A stretch of DNA of 62,384 bases, filler included, from Dimorphilus gyrociliatus (GCA_904063045.1; 3 parts of 3 records of this genome joined end to end with filler, not necessarily neighbours in it), one strand, 5' to 3'; counted from the whole stretch's first letter, positions 1-12,005 are shown. Notes: generated by a model from the sequence alone, not told the origin. Numbers and translations: made by a program.

Positions 1-3
1 ATA

Positions 4-2282
4 CAGTCTGTCTCAAAATTCTTGCAAACCCTATTTTAATACAAACTTTTAATACCAAAATTTCTGAAACTTAATATTTGAAACAATCACCATAATATGA
101 ATAAATTTATTGTTTATTATATTTTTTAATCTACAAAAATGACGGTTTTTTATCAATTTGTGATTAAAAGTGTCTCAAAATTCTTGCAAAAAAACATAAA
201 TATGCTCAGAAACCATATTTAGGGAAAAAGTCTCCAGTAAAAAAGAATGAGCGTTCATGATAAAAAATGCATAAATATATTTTTTATTTTATGAAAACGA
301 CTTTTCATATCGCTAACGTTGATTTTTCCAAATTTGGAAGTTTTTGTGAATTAACGTATCATTGGTGGTTTTATGAAACCAACTTTATATCAAAATGGAG
401 ATAATAGACTTTTATAAAGACATTTGTATACATATAAATAATAAACGTATGCAAAATTGGGGAGTTTTACAGAGAATTTCTTAATCAATTTGATGATCAA
501 TACATAAATATTGATTTTTTGATAGGGTCAAAAAAAATAGACCAAGCTCAATTAATCTAAAATATGATATGAATTATAAATATATAAATTTTTTTAAAGA
601 ACAAAAGACTTTATACCTGTTTACAAAAATTTAACCCCTTTTATGATAAAAAACCTTACAGACATCGAAAAAGGAAAATTTTAGGATTATATGAAGCAGG
701 AAAGTCAATGACACAGATCTCGCTAATAACTAAGCGCTCAATATCAACAATAAGTCGTATAGTTAAAAAAAAAGATAACATTGAGCCAAAAAAGGTGAGT
801 CAAAAGAGAGGCAGGTGTAAGATAGTCACTTCTAACATATCAACAAAATAATTTCAAAAATTACAAAAGATCCTTTTACAAGCTTAAGAAAACTGAGTTC
901 AAATATAAAGGAAACTCATAACGTTAAATTATCGAAGGATACCATCAAACGCTTTTTGAATGATAGAGGGTTTAATGCACATTCTCCGATAAAGAAGCCT
1001 CTTTTAAAACCAATACATATAGAAAGGAGATTCGATATATGCAAAAGCTTCTATTTGACTACGAAATGTTTAAAAATAAGATAATATTTAGCGATGAATC
1101 GAAATTTAATTTGATATCCCATGATGGTAAACAAAAAGTATGGAGGTTGAATGGTAAAGGTTTAGAAGATAAAAATTTAATAAAAACAGTGAAGTTTGGA
1201 GGAGGATCGGTTATGGTATGGGGGTGTTTTAGTTTATATGGTGTTGGTGAAATAAAGTTTATTGAAAAAAGAATGACTGCTATTGATTATATAGAGATAT
1301 TAAGAGATAATTTGATTAAATCAAGTGAGAGGTGGGGAATGAGTAATTATTTTTTATTACAAGACAATGACCCAAAACATAACGCTAAAATAACCCGAGA
1401 CTTTCTTCTGAGACGTAATATAAAAACAGTTCCTTGGCCTTCACAATCACCAGATCTCAACCCCATCGAGAACCTTTGGGATTATGTAAAAAGACGTGTA
1501 TCTGAATCGAACCCTCGAAATATTGATGAACTTAAGGCTTGTATAAGAAGAATATGGTATAGTATACCAGTGAGTTTATGTGTAAGTCTATCTGACAGCT
1601 TTTATAAAAGGATCAAGTCATGTATTAGAGAAAAGGGGAAAGCTTTAAAATATTAAACTTCTTTAAACAGGTATAAAGTCTTTTGTTATTTAAAAAATTT
1701 ATATATTTATAATTCATATCATATTTTAGATTAATTGAGCTTGGTCTATTTTTTTTGACCCTATCAAAAAATCAATATTTATGTATTGATCATCAAATTG
1801 ATTAAGAAATTCTCTGTAAAACTCCCCAATTTTGCATACGTTTATTATTTATATGTATACAAATGTCTTTATAAAAGTCTATTATCTCCATTTTGATATA
1901 AAGTTGGTTTCATAAAACCACCATTGATACGTTAATTCACAAAAACTTCCAAATTTGGAAAAATCAACGTTAGCGATATGAAAAGTCGTTTTCATAAAAT
2001 AAAAAATATATTTATGCATTTTTTATCATGAACGCTCATTCTTTTTTACTGGAGACTTTTTCCCTAAATATGGTTTCTGAGCATATTTATGTTTTTTTGC
2101 AAGAATTTTGAGACACTTTTAATCACAAATTGATAAAACCCCGTCATTTTTGTAGATTAAAAAATATAATAAACAATAAATTTATTCATATTATGGTGAT
2201 TGTTTCAAATATTAAGTTTCAGAAATTTTGGTATTAAAAGTTTGTATTAAAATAGGGTTTGCAAGAATTTTGAGACAGACTG
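4..2282 (+). mobile_element. Tc1/mariner DNA transposon #1 with ~620-bp IR/DR-type terminal inverted repeats
   Basis: TIRs at 4-623 and 1664-2282 start CAGTCTGTCTC. TA flanks both ends (2-3, 2283-2284). The internal direct repeat GTCTCAAAATTCTTGCAAA occurs twice per TIR. Confidence 0.95.
643..1656 (+). pseudogene. Tc1 DD34E transposase, frameshifted in the N-terminal half
   Basis: ATG at 643 (MIKNLTDIEKGKILG, HTH-like) breaks frame near 850 and near 1040. The ORF 1039-1656 has FSDESKF, VMVWGCF, QDNDPKH and WPSQSPDLNPIE, with 34 residues between D and E. Confidence 0.9.
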
Positions 2283-2956
2283 TATCTACTATGTCAATTT
2301 GAAGACTTTCATGGATCGTGTATACTGGAATGGGAATAACCTCTGTAATACTCTGAATCGGAACTGTTCTTTGAAATCCCTTACAATGTTGTATATAGTT
2401 TTTTAATTTTCTTTCTTTGATATCTAAATAGGTTTTTTCTATTTCATTCTTCATTTTTCTAATACATAAATGGCCTGGCAAATGATACTTTTCAATTATA
2501 TTATTTTTGATCCCTGCCTCAAAGTCACAAATATATTCTTGAATTGAATTTCCTATTTTATAAAATAACTTATTATTGGATTCGATAATAAAGTTAATTG
2601 CTTTTTTTAAAGTCTCTTTTTTGGAAACGATCATATCCTTCAGGATATATTCCTAATTTTAGAAATTCAATTATAATTTCTTTCTCGACTTGTGAACTTA
2701 TATTAGATAATCTAGACATAAGGGAGGATTATTTTCTCAAATAAAAGTATTTTTTATATTAAATAGTCAATTTAATACATATCTAGAAGCTATTTTTAAT
2801 GTTAATTTTCATTTTTTTAAATTTTTTTTAATACTAATTTGGTGCGGATTGTTATTCGATTCTTGCAAAGTTTAAAAGTAAGGGTAAAAATAATTAAAAA
2901 AAACTTTTTTTTACTAATTAAATATGAAATTTGTGTGATTGTTATTCAATCCTACA
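2283..2956 (-). mobile_element. Truncated Ginger-like element: TGTAGGA terminus plus integrase N-terminus, cut by Tc1 #1
   Basis: Near-identical to 9564-10230. ATG at 2719 (MSRLSNISS...), then KYHLPGHL...CKGFQR (HH-C Zn finger) and LQIDIVD (first catalytic D). Confidence 0.8.
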
Positions 2957-2964
2957 GTTAGTAA

Positions 2965-3310
2965 CTATGCAGGGACAGGTTCTAGGTAAGTGTTATCCTT
3001 TATGTTTTATTTTACTTTAAAATAGAACTGAAATAATATACAATAAATGCATTGATGTATGAAAAAGAACAACTCTTTTACACGTGTATATATTTTAATG
3101 GATTTTGAAAAGGCATTTATGAACTCATTGAATACAAGATTTAACAAAAAAAGGTAATATAAACGTTGTTTTGATTTCAGTCAATCTATTTGGAAACATA
3201 TACAAAAAATAAGGTTAAAAAGACTACAAAGAAAGTTTTAAGACATAAATCTAATAAGAAAACTTATTAAAGAAGATGTTTTCGATATTTTTCAAGATAT
3301 AAAAATTTAA
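2965..3310 (+). pseudogene. Degenerate Mutator-like (MULE) transposase relic
   Basis: Broken + frames read roughly CYPLCFILL, ILMDFEKAFMNSL and FDFSQSIWKHIQKI. These match the MULE DFExA and FHF.Q.IWRKIQ motifs. Confidence 0.6.
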
Positions 3311-3770
3311 CTTTTAAGTCTGAGAAATATAATAAATTGGAATTTTTATTTGACTATTTCTAGAAAACATATTTTGGAAACTGTCGGCTGGTTCATCAAG
3401 ATATAGCATAGAGTTTAGGCCATGTTTTAATATAATAGAGAAAAGAATACCTCGAATCACAAAGATAATTGAAGCTTGACTTGTATAATAATAAATCAAG
3501 TATTGACAATAGCTTGATTTCATGAACTAATTTGTAAAGAGGAAGAAATATATTGATAAAAAGTAATTCAGTTTCATCTGGAATTAATACTAAAATTCCC
3601 AATAGGTACTTAAAGAAAGAATATAAATTACAATTAATAATAAAAAATCATGAAACTTTAACTGGTAATGGGTGTTCGATTACATTAGAAAATATTACTG
3701 ACTCGCTTTGAAAATTAAATTTAATTCTATTTTTTTAAAAAATTTTAATAAAAATTCTTTTCTCATCTTA

Positions 3771-5240
3771 TCAACTCACTACGCAAGTTTGGTCGTCTGA
3801 ACTAGAACTATCATGATCAGAAACTTCATGATCAGAGACTTCATGACCATAGACTTTTAAAAATGGTTTGCCTCTTTTTAATTTCAACCAATTAACTCTA
3901 ACAACACGCACATCACAATCATCATCGTATATTTCAGGAACTGGAACCTCTTTTTCAGAACTATCATGTATTGTGAAGTCTAAAATTAGGCACTTTTGAG
4001 ATTTAAACATTTCAGGTGTTGACTGTTCTTTAACAAATTGGTAATTAATTTCAAACTTATTAAGAAATCTTTCTACGCCTGGTTTGTCCTCTTCTCTGAT
4101 AATACACTCATTAATTAAGAGAGGTATTTCTGGATTTTCCATGAATAGCTCTATGCAAAGAGTAATAACACTTATATTTGCGTTTATATAAAATAGTTTT
4201 ATATCATCAAGCTCGTAATCTTTAGATGAAAAGGTTGGGATCTCTGAGCTAATTGTTTTTGCAGTTTTGGGAATATGGGAAATTATATCATCCGATCTAG
4301 AGAAAACGATTAAACCATTCTCTATAGAGTTTATATAACTACTAGCTTTTATAAAATCAACTAACGCAAAGTAAGGATTAACACGTTCAAAGAAATTTGT
4401 AGATTCTTTTTTGAAATGACCTGTTCTTTTATCTAACTTTCGTTCTGAATAGTCTTTTAATGGTACATAGTCTTCATAATCAATGGCATATATAACATCA
4501 AAACTCTCACTAAGAGGGACTTCATCAATATTTCTATACGTATCTATCGTAATATTTACTGTAGTGTTTGATTCTTCTCTGTAAAAGTCTGTAACCTTCT
4601 TACACATTATTTTCAAGTCTTTAGATGTTTTTTCGATGACTGAGTCTATTTCAACTAGTGATAAATGTATATCTACTATTTCTAATTCTATTAATTTTAT
4701 GACAAGTACTAATTCTTGTAGGCAGCCGCCTGCACCTAAACTCATCATTTTTACTGGTCCGCTCTTTACGTTTGTCTTGATGTGGTTTAAAATTAGATTT
4801 TCCATTTTGGTACGAGTGTTTCCTTCCATAAATCGACAATGCTTGTAAGTATTACAACAAAAACATTCATGTAGAGTAGTTCCTCCTAGAAATAAGTGTT
4901 CAAAATCTCCTCCAATATATTTTTCCAACTTTGCTAAGAATGAAGATGGCGTAACACCATTTTTAAATTCAACTTCTTCCGGTTTTTTACTATCTGTACT
5001 ATCTGAATTACTTGTACTTTCACTTTCTAAGTTACTATCTGAGTTACTCGTGCTTTTACTTTCTAAGTTACTTTCTTGCTTTAGATTAGTAGAAACACCT
5101 GGGTTGGAAGCAGAAGACGTGTTTTCCAACTTAGTATTTTGTTTTAGACTAGCTGAAGTACTTGAAAAACAATGAAACAGTGCTATGATAAGAACTAAAT
5201 ATCTTTTAATACTCTCGTTTTTTAAAATCTTGCACACCAT
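3771..5240 (-). CDS. Predicted secreted protein, 489 aa, with Ser-rich linker and possible SAM-dependent methyltransferase-like fold
   Basis: Intact ORF with GCCC directly before the ATG. Hydrophobic N-terminus (YLVLIIALFHCFSSTSA), duplicated SNLESxSTSNSD repeat, then MSLGAGG...LVEID...FDVIY motifs. Confidence 0.75.
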   Translation of the reverse strand: MVCKILKNESIKRYLVLIIALFHCFSSTSASLKQNTKLENTSSASNPGVSTNLKQESNLESKSTSNSDSNLESESTSNSDSTDSKKPEEVEFKNGVTPSSFLAKLEKYIGGDFEHLFLGGTTLHECFCCNTYKHCRFMEGNTRTKMENLILNHIKTNVKSGPVKMMSLGAGGCLQELVLVIKLIELEIVDIHLSLVEIDSVIEKTSKDLKIMCKKVTDFYREESNTTVNITIDTYRNIDEVPLSESFDVIYAIDYEDYVPLKDYSERKLDKRTGHFKKESTNFFERVNPYFALVDFIKASSYINSIENGLIVFSRSDDIISHIPKTAKTISSEIPTFSSKDYELDDIKLFYINANISVITLCIELFMENPEIPLLINECIIREEDKPGVERFLNKFEINYQFVKEQSTPEMFKSQKCLILDFTIHDSSEKEVPVPEIYDDDCDVRVVRVNWLKLKRGKPFLKVYGHEVSDHEVSDHDSSSSDDQTCVVS

Positions 5241-5645
5241 GGGCTTTTTTATTGGAATCGGTTTTTATTCTCCCTTTTTGGAAAACTACGTGATCTTCCA
5301 ATTAGAGAAAAAATAATTCAAATTTATATACAAATTTAAACTCTTTAAATTAATAATATTTTATAGTGCTTTTTTTAAGAAAATCACTACTGGTTTTATA
5401 ATATTTTATATTTAAAAAAAAACTGAAAACAGTAAAATAGTAATTTTTTATTATCATAAAACATTGTTAATTTAAGAGTTTAAAATTGTAGCTAAATTTG
5501 TTTTTAGTAAATTTTCTAAATATAATAAGTATGATCTTTAAAATAACTTTTACTGACTTTTTTATAATACAAATTATACAAATTATACAAATTTTGTATC
5601 ATAAAGAAATCTATATTATAAACAAGAACGATTTAATATAAAGTT

Positions 5646-6623
5646 GGCTGGAGTACCAATCTGTTCTACCCATTGGTGTGTGTCAAAAAAAAAAATTTAA
5701 CCCTTGTAAAATGAATAATTTTTTGAATAATGAAACATTAAAAACCTTATTAAAGAGTTTATTGTCCCAAAATTCCCCAAGATATTGTGAATTATGTAAT
5801 GGTAGTGTATCTATTACACTAAAAAACAACCTTAACTTTACATATAAGTGTAAAACACGTTCATGTAGGAAGGAAAATGGTGTATTTAAAAATACTATTT
5901 TTTATAGAACAAATTACCTGCTGTTTTTTAAAGTAATATGGTTATGGTTGCGTAATTATAACATAGATCAAATCATAGAGATATCAGGTTCAAATAAAAA
6001 AACCATACATAAATTTATTAAGTTATTTCTACCTAAAATGGAAAAATTTTATCTAAAAGCATTTGGGAAGATTGGAGGTGAAGGTGTTGTAATTGAAGCT
6101 GACGAATCTAAATTTGGGAGAACTAAGTACAATGTAGGTAGGACTGTAGAAGGTGTATGGGTGGTTGGTTTAGTAGAAAAAACGGAGCAAAGAAAAATCA
6201 TACTAGTTCCAGTAGTTAAAAGGGACAGTATCACTATGAACACAATATTTGATCCATATGTCAAATCAGGATCTGTTGTAAATACTGATCTTTGGAAAGG
6301 ATACAGTAACACCAAAGAAAATTACAAACATTATACTGTCAATCATAAGCAGAACTATAAAGATCCTATAACAGGAGCTCACACAAACACAATTGAGGGG
6401 AATTGGAGGACTATTAAAACTGAAGTACCTAATCATTGTAGAAAATTCACTGAGATTTTACCATAATTATCAAAGTTTATGATAAAAAGATGGTTTTCAG
6501 ACAATTATTTCGAGGTTTTATTAAAATTTTTGATTTGTTAATTGTTTTTTTGTAAAAATAAACAAGGGTTAAATTTTTTTTTTTGACACACACCAATGGG
6601 TAGAACAGATTGGTACTTTAGCC
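5646..6623 (+). mobile_element. Merlin (IS1595/IS1016-like) DNA transposon #1
   Basis: TIRs of about 62 bp start GGCT (two mismatches). Perfect 8-bp TSD ATAAAGTT at 5638-5645 and 6624-6631. Confidence 0.93.
5711..6541 (+). pseudogene. Merlin DDE transposase with one premature in-frame TAA (6464-6466)
   Basis: CxxC...C...C Zn finger, IEADESKF, NTDLWKGY, VNH and HTNTIEGNW motifs. The frame continues LSKFMIKRW...LIC* after the stop. Confidence 0.85.
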
Positions 6624-7149
6624 ATAAAGTTTTATACACATATTTAATACAGCTTAAAATTTTTATCTTTTTAATAATATTTGTATTCTTATTCTTTTAT
6701 GTTTGTAAGCATTTCTTGGTAGATTCTTAGAATGTGTAGGATCGAATAACGATCATACAAAATTCATATTAAATTAGTACAAATTTTTTTTTCATTATTT
6801 TAACCTTTATTTTTAAACTTTGCAAGAATTGAATAAAAATCCGCACAAAATTAGTATTAAAAAAGTTTAAAAAAAATGAAAATTAACAGCAAAAACCTTT
6901 ATTAATCGAGAAATAGTTTTACCATTGTTTTATGAGTTAATTTTAACCGATTTTGGTTGCCTTTTATTGTAACAATATTGGCTGAAATATCATGTATAAT
7001 ATAAATTTCATCATGATAAAACGAAACAAGAGGATGATGTCTTGTATGAAAACCCAAATCAAAGTCTTTTTCTATCAAACATTTATCTCCTATACCCAAA
7101 GTTTCATTTCTTCTTGTTCATCTGTCATGTTCATTTTTATATTAGTTAA

Positions 7150-9056
7150 TGTTGTATATCATTGTGCTGCATGATTCATTGTGCAACTACCAATTTACCA
7201 TAGAATTTACAAAAAATAATTATTTTAACCCCTATTTTACATTTTTAGTTGTATATCATTGCGTTGCGCACCAAATTAGTTAAAATTTTTTTTTAATAAA
7301 TAGGAATTTTTAGTTAAATTTTTTTTTCATGCAGCACTGATTCATTGTGCAACTACCAAGTTAGTAGGGGTATAATCCCCTTTAAATTAAGCAGAAAAAT
7401 TAGTTTTTATAAGTTTTTTAATATAAACTTGAATTTTAATAATATAAAACATTTTTAATTCAACATTTTAAATAAAAACCTTTAATTTTGAATATTTCTT
7501 GCGACATATCTCTTTAGTCTATTAATATGAACAGAACTTTCATTTCCATCGTCTGAAACTATAGTACATACACTATCTCTAATTGATGTTATAGTATATA
7601 TTTCGGCAAAATATAGAAAATCTAAATCATTTCTACGAGTTTGTACGTTCATATCAAAATCTTTTGAAAGTAAAACTCTTTCTCCTATCTGAACCTGTCT
7701 TTGTGTTATTCTAGTGTTATGTTCACTTACAAATTTAGTAGTATAATTGATTATGTTATTCCTCACATCACATCTTTCTAAGTTTGCTTGAATACTAGAT
7801 ATGTTTTGGGTATTTATTGCTCCTTTATAGATAAAAAATGGTGTATATCTAGTGGCTCTATGCCTCGAATTGTTATACTCGAAAATAAGTTTTTTTAATT
7901 TATTTATATATCGATTACTATTAGCTGGCAATGAGCTACGAATTTTATCTTTAATTGTTCTGTTAAATCGCTCGATTTGGCCTTGTGATTGAGGATGTCT
8001 AGGCCTTCCATGAATAATTTGAATTCCCCATTCATTGCATATGTCCATAACTTCTTGGTTTACGAACTCTCTTCCATTGTCTGTGTGCAATATGTCAAAT
8101 TTTCCTTCACTATATAAAAAATTATTTAAAATCTCAGAAAATGTTCTCGCTGTTTTATCTTTAGCTGGAAATGAGAATGCATATTTACTAAAAGTTTCTA
8201 TAAAATTAAACAAATATCTATATCCATCATTATCGTTTCTATATCTTGATAGATCCACCAAATCAACCATAATTCTTTGTCTAAAATAGTCGGGGATTAT
8301 GGGTGTTATTATCTGGTCAGTATTTGTACGTCTTATACGTTGGCATCTCTCGCAAGATGCAACAAATCTTCTAATATCATCACTTTTTATGCCTATGTAA
8401 GAAAGGCTCAGATTGTTTCTGATAGATGTAATTCCAGAATGACCATCACCGTGGGCCCTGTGAATTATTTCTGTTACTCTAATAATATCATAAGATGGGA
8501 TTATTTCCTTGTTTGTATTTCCTTTTGTATAAAACAATTTGCCACCAACATATCTTAGGTATTTAACTTTTCTTAAGAAACTATATCTTTTATTTCTATC
8601 ACTAAAATTTGGTATATTTCCATTCCTTAAATAACATACTATTTGATCTCTTTCTTCAATTGAGTTGATTGTAATATTTTTTACCATTATGGATAATGAA
8701 TTAAAATTTTATTAAAACTTATGAAGGTTTTTATTTAAAATGTTGAATTAAAAATGTTTTATATTATTAAAATTCAAGTTTATATTAAAAAACTTATAAA
8801 AACTAATTTTTCTGCTTAATTTAAAGGGGATTATACCCCTACTAACTTGGTAGTTGCACAATGAATCAGTGCTGCATGAAAAAAAAATTTAACTAAAAAT
8901 TCCTATTTATTAAAAAAAAATTTTAACTAATTTGGTGCGCAACGCAATGATATACAACTAAAAATGTAAAATAGGGGTTAAAATAATTATTTTTTGTAAA
9001 TTCTATGGTAAATTGGTAGTTGCACAATGAATCATGCAACTTAATGGTATACAACA
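7150..9056 (-). mobile_element. Intact Ginger/TDD-like integrase DNA transposon
   Basis: TGTTG...CAACA termini, ~333-bp inverted repeats (7150-7482 and 8724-9056), 5-bp TSD GTTAA (7145-7149, 9057-9061), and a single ORF with no gag, PR or RT. Confidence 0.88.
7482..8687 (-). CDS. Gypsy-type integrase/transposase, 401 aa (HHCC Zn finger, rve DD35E)
   Basis: HxxHGDGH...CERC, IMVDLVD, HTDNGREF and QSQGQIERFNRTIK. There are 35 residues between the second D and E. Confidence 0.93.
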   Translation of the reverse strand: MVKNITINSIEERDQIVCYLRNGNIPNFSDRNKRYSFLRKVKYLRYVGGKLFYTKGNTNKEIIPSYDIIRVTEIIHRAHGDGHSGITSIRNNLSLSYIGIKSDDIRRFVASCERCQRIRRTNTDQIITPIIPDYFRQRIMVDLVDLSRYRNDNDGYRYLFNFIETFSKYAFSFPAKDKTARTFSEILNNFLYSEGKFDILHTDNGREFVNQEVMDICNEWGIQIIHGRPRHPQSQGQIERFNRTIKDKIRSSLPANSNRYINKLKKLIFEYNNSRHRATRYTPFFIYKGAINTQNISSIQANLERCDVRNNIINYTTKFVSEHNTRITQRQVQIGERVLLSKDFDMNVQTRRNDLDFLYFAEIYTITSIRDSVCTIVSDDGNESSVHINRLKRYVARNIQN

Positions 9057-10517
9057 GTTAATATAATTTAAATAATTGTTTCGAGAAGTTTGTAGCGTAT
9101 TATTATAGTTGCCATTTATATTGCTGGGATCTACTCCGCGGAATAGTATAAAGGGATTAGTAGAAGTAGATATATGTATACTGTTATTGTATTGATATAC
9201 AATACTATCATGTATATCAACCCATCTTGTTCTTCCTAGTAAATATTTCCTTAAGCGTAGCTTAAGAGTTCTATTAAATCCCTCTACCACTCCCTGATAT
9301 TGAGGATGTCGTTATTTCCTTCTGATATGATTTATATTATAGCTTCTACAAATATTTACAACGTTTTCGTTAATAAACTCTCTACCATTATCAGAATGGA
9401 GAATTGACCACGGTCCTTCAGCTTTAAAAATCCTATCTAAAATGTTTTTTTATTCTCTCTCCCCGTTTATTCATTAATTTAAAACTAAAAACAAATTTTG
9501 AAAAACAACTTATTGCATTGAGGATATATCTATATCCAGAGTTTGAAATAGAATATCTTGACATATCTACTATGTCAATTTGAAGACTTTCATGGATCGT
9601 GTATACTGGAATGGGAATAACCTCTGTAATACTCTGAATCGGAACTGTTCTTTGAAATCCCTTACAATGTTGTATATAGTTTTTTAATTTTCTTTCTTTG
9701 ATATCTAAATAGGATTTTTCTATTTCATTTTTCTAATATATAAATGACCTAGCAAATGATACTTTTCGATTATATTATTTTTGTTCTCTATCTCAAAGTC
9801 ACAAATATATTCTTGAATTGAATTTCCTATTTTATAAAATAACTTATTATTGGATTCGATAATAAAGTTAATTGCTTTTTTTAAAGTCTCTTTTTTGGAA
9901 ACGATCATATCCTTCAGGATATATTCCTAACTTGAGAAATGCAATTATAATTTCTTTCTCGACTTGTGAACTTATATTAGATAATCTAGACATAAGGGAG
10001 GATTATTTTGTCAAATAAAAGTATTTGTTATATTAAATAGTTAATTTAATACATATCTAGAGGCTATTTTTAATGTTAATTTTCATTTTTTTAAATTTTT
10101 TTTAATACTAATTTGGTACGGATTGTTATTCGATTCTTGCAAAGTTTAAAAGTAAGGGTTAAAATAATAAAAAAAAAATTTTTTTTACTAATTAAATATG
10201 AAATTTGTGTGATTGTTATTCAATCCTACAAATATTATATTAGAAGCACTACTTATGATCCATGTTTATAACTTATTAAAACTTATTTTTAATTATATCA
10301 CATTTGGTCAAACACAAAAATGATTAATTTTAAAATAAATCAGTCATAAAAAGACATTGAAATCTACCTTTTGATATTCTCCTTAAATATGAATAAATGC
10401 TTTATTAATCTATTGAATAGATTATGTAAAGTAAAATTCTAAGTATTTTTTATCTTTAAGATTAAAAATATTACTTTTTTGATTAAAAAAATAAAAATCA
10501 AAATATTCCCTTATATT

Positions 10518-12005
10518 ATGGATATTCTTTGTTTAATATTGTTTTTACTTGGTATTTTAAATAAAGAAGTAAAAATTAACAGTGTAAGCTTGTTTTACAT
10601 TGGAAATAGCTATTCAAAGTTACTAGCAGGACTGAGAAGAAAAGGTGTAAATCCTAATCTTTTTACTAAAATGGAGATCACAGATGATAAAATTACAATA
10701 GCTTCAATGAAAAGTATTATAGAATTTATCAATCTTAAGGTTTTAGTAATATCTAACGTGGTTTTATATAAAAATATAACTAAAAAATTAAACTTACTTA
10801 AAAGCTTAAAAAAAATTGTAATAAAAAATCACAAAACAGGTCTATTTGAAGATTTAGTAGGATTACACTCTCTTAATAGAATAAATAGTTTAGAGTTAGT
10901 TGATTGTAATTTATCAGTTGAATTGGGAATAGAAATTGGTAAAATGTGGATACTTAAAGAATTAATAATAAGAAACTCTATCAACTATGGCGAGAGAACT
11001 TTTTTTTATTTTTTTAATTTGTGTAATTTAAGAATACTTGTCATTGAAAATTGTGATCTCGGCAAAGAAGATTTGACTGGAATTGACAAACTTGTGAAAC
11101 TAAAAACTCTTGAAATTTCAAATTATGACAATTTTACTATCAATGATTCTAAATATTTATTTAATTTGTATTCTTTGAGCAGACTAAAATTAACATCTGT
11201 ATTTTTTACAAAAGATTCTCTAAAGTTAATAAATGAAGCAAATAGACTTACCGAATTGACATTAACAAATTGTAGTGGTTCGATTGATTATAAAGAAATT
11301 TTTAAAATAAAAAAGTTAAAAAGGCTTGAGTTGATGTCTAATAAGATATGCTATAAAGATTTAATTGGAATAAAACAACTTAATAATTTAATAGAGATTG
11401 ATTTATCAGAGAACGAATTAATTGATAAGAAATGTTTTGATTTGTTATTTGAAATGAATACATTACAAGAATTTTATATTTCGAAATGTCAATTAAAGCC
11501 TAGTTCTTTAGAAAATATAACAAAACTTAAACAATTAAAGGCAATAGATATTTCCCATAATTCAGAATTAGCTGAATCCGACTTCGATGCAGTTTTTAAG
11601 ATAATTGGAATTGAAAAAATGAATTTAAAAGATTGCAATTTAAAAAGCGAATTTATTAAAAATATAGTTAATTTGTCAAGATTAGAAAGATTAGATTTAT
11701 CTGATAATACAAATTTACTACAAAATGACTTTGAAATAATATTTAGTTTAAATACACTTAGAATGTTAAAAATGAATAATTGTAATTTATCAGAAGAGAA
11801 TTTAACTGATATCGTAAACTTAAATAAACTTGAAACACTAAATTTAACAAGAAACTTAAATTTATTTAAAAAAGGGTTAATAGCACCTATTAATAAGTTA
11901 GAAAACCTAGAGTTTTTACACCTGACTAAACATAAAGGTGTTAAATACGATGATGATAAACCAGAAAAACTAAAAATTATATATTATGGTGACACTGCAG
12001 TTTAA
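10518..12005 (+). CDS. Signal-peptide leucine-rich-repeat protein (microsporidian secreted LRR type)
   Basis: Start refined to ATG 10518 (TTCCC motif upstream). N-terminus MDILCLILFLLGIL, many LxxLxLxxN/C repeats with ~49-aa periodicity, no introns. Confidence 0.88.
   Translation: MDILCLILFLLGILNKEVKINSVSLFYIGNSYSKLLAGLRRKGVNPNLFTKMEITDDKITIASMKSIIEFINLKVLVISNVVLYKNITKKLNLLKSLKKIVIKNHKTGLFEDLVGLHSLNRINSLELVDCNLSVELGIEIGKMWILKELIIRNSINYGERTFFYFFNLCNLRILVIENCDLGKEDLTGIDKLVKLKTLEISNYDNFTINDSKYLFNLYSLSRLKLTSVFFTKDSLKLINEANRLTELTLTNCSGSIDYKEIFKIKKLKRLELMSNKICYKDLIGIKQLNNLIEIDLSENELIDKKCFDLLFEMNTLQEFYISKCQLKPSSLENITKLKQLKAIDISHNSELAESDFDAVFKIIGIEKMNLKDCNLKSEFIKNIVNLSRLERLDLSDNTNLLQNDFEIIFSLNTLRMLKMNNCNLSEENLTDIVNLNKLETLNLTRNLNLFKKGLIAPINKLENLEFLHLTKHKGVKYDDDKPEKLKIIYYGDTAV

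Larger units (their letters stand above)
6735..10230 (-). mobile_element. Outer degenerate Ginger-like DNA transposon (TGTAGGA...TCCTACA), split by an inner element
   Basis: Imperfect ~150-bp TIRs at 6735-6890 and 10075-10230. A broken integrase gene runs from 9993 to 6902 (HLxIRK, QIDIVD, LHSDNGREF, QGVVEGFNRTLK, C-terminal KDFD) and resumes across the inner insertion. No perfect TSD seen. Confidence 0.8.

Noticed and set aside
7482-8687. LTR retrotransposon
   Set aside because: The flanks are inverted, not direct, repeats, and there is no gag, protease, RT or RNase H.
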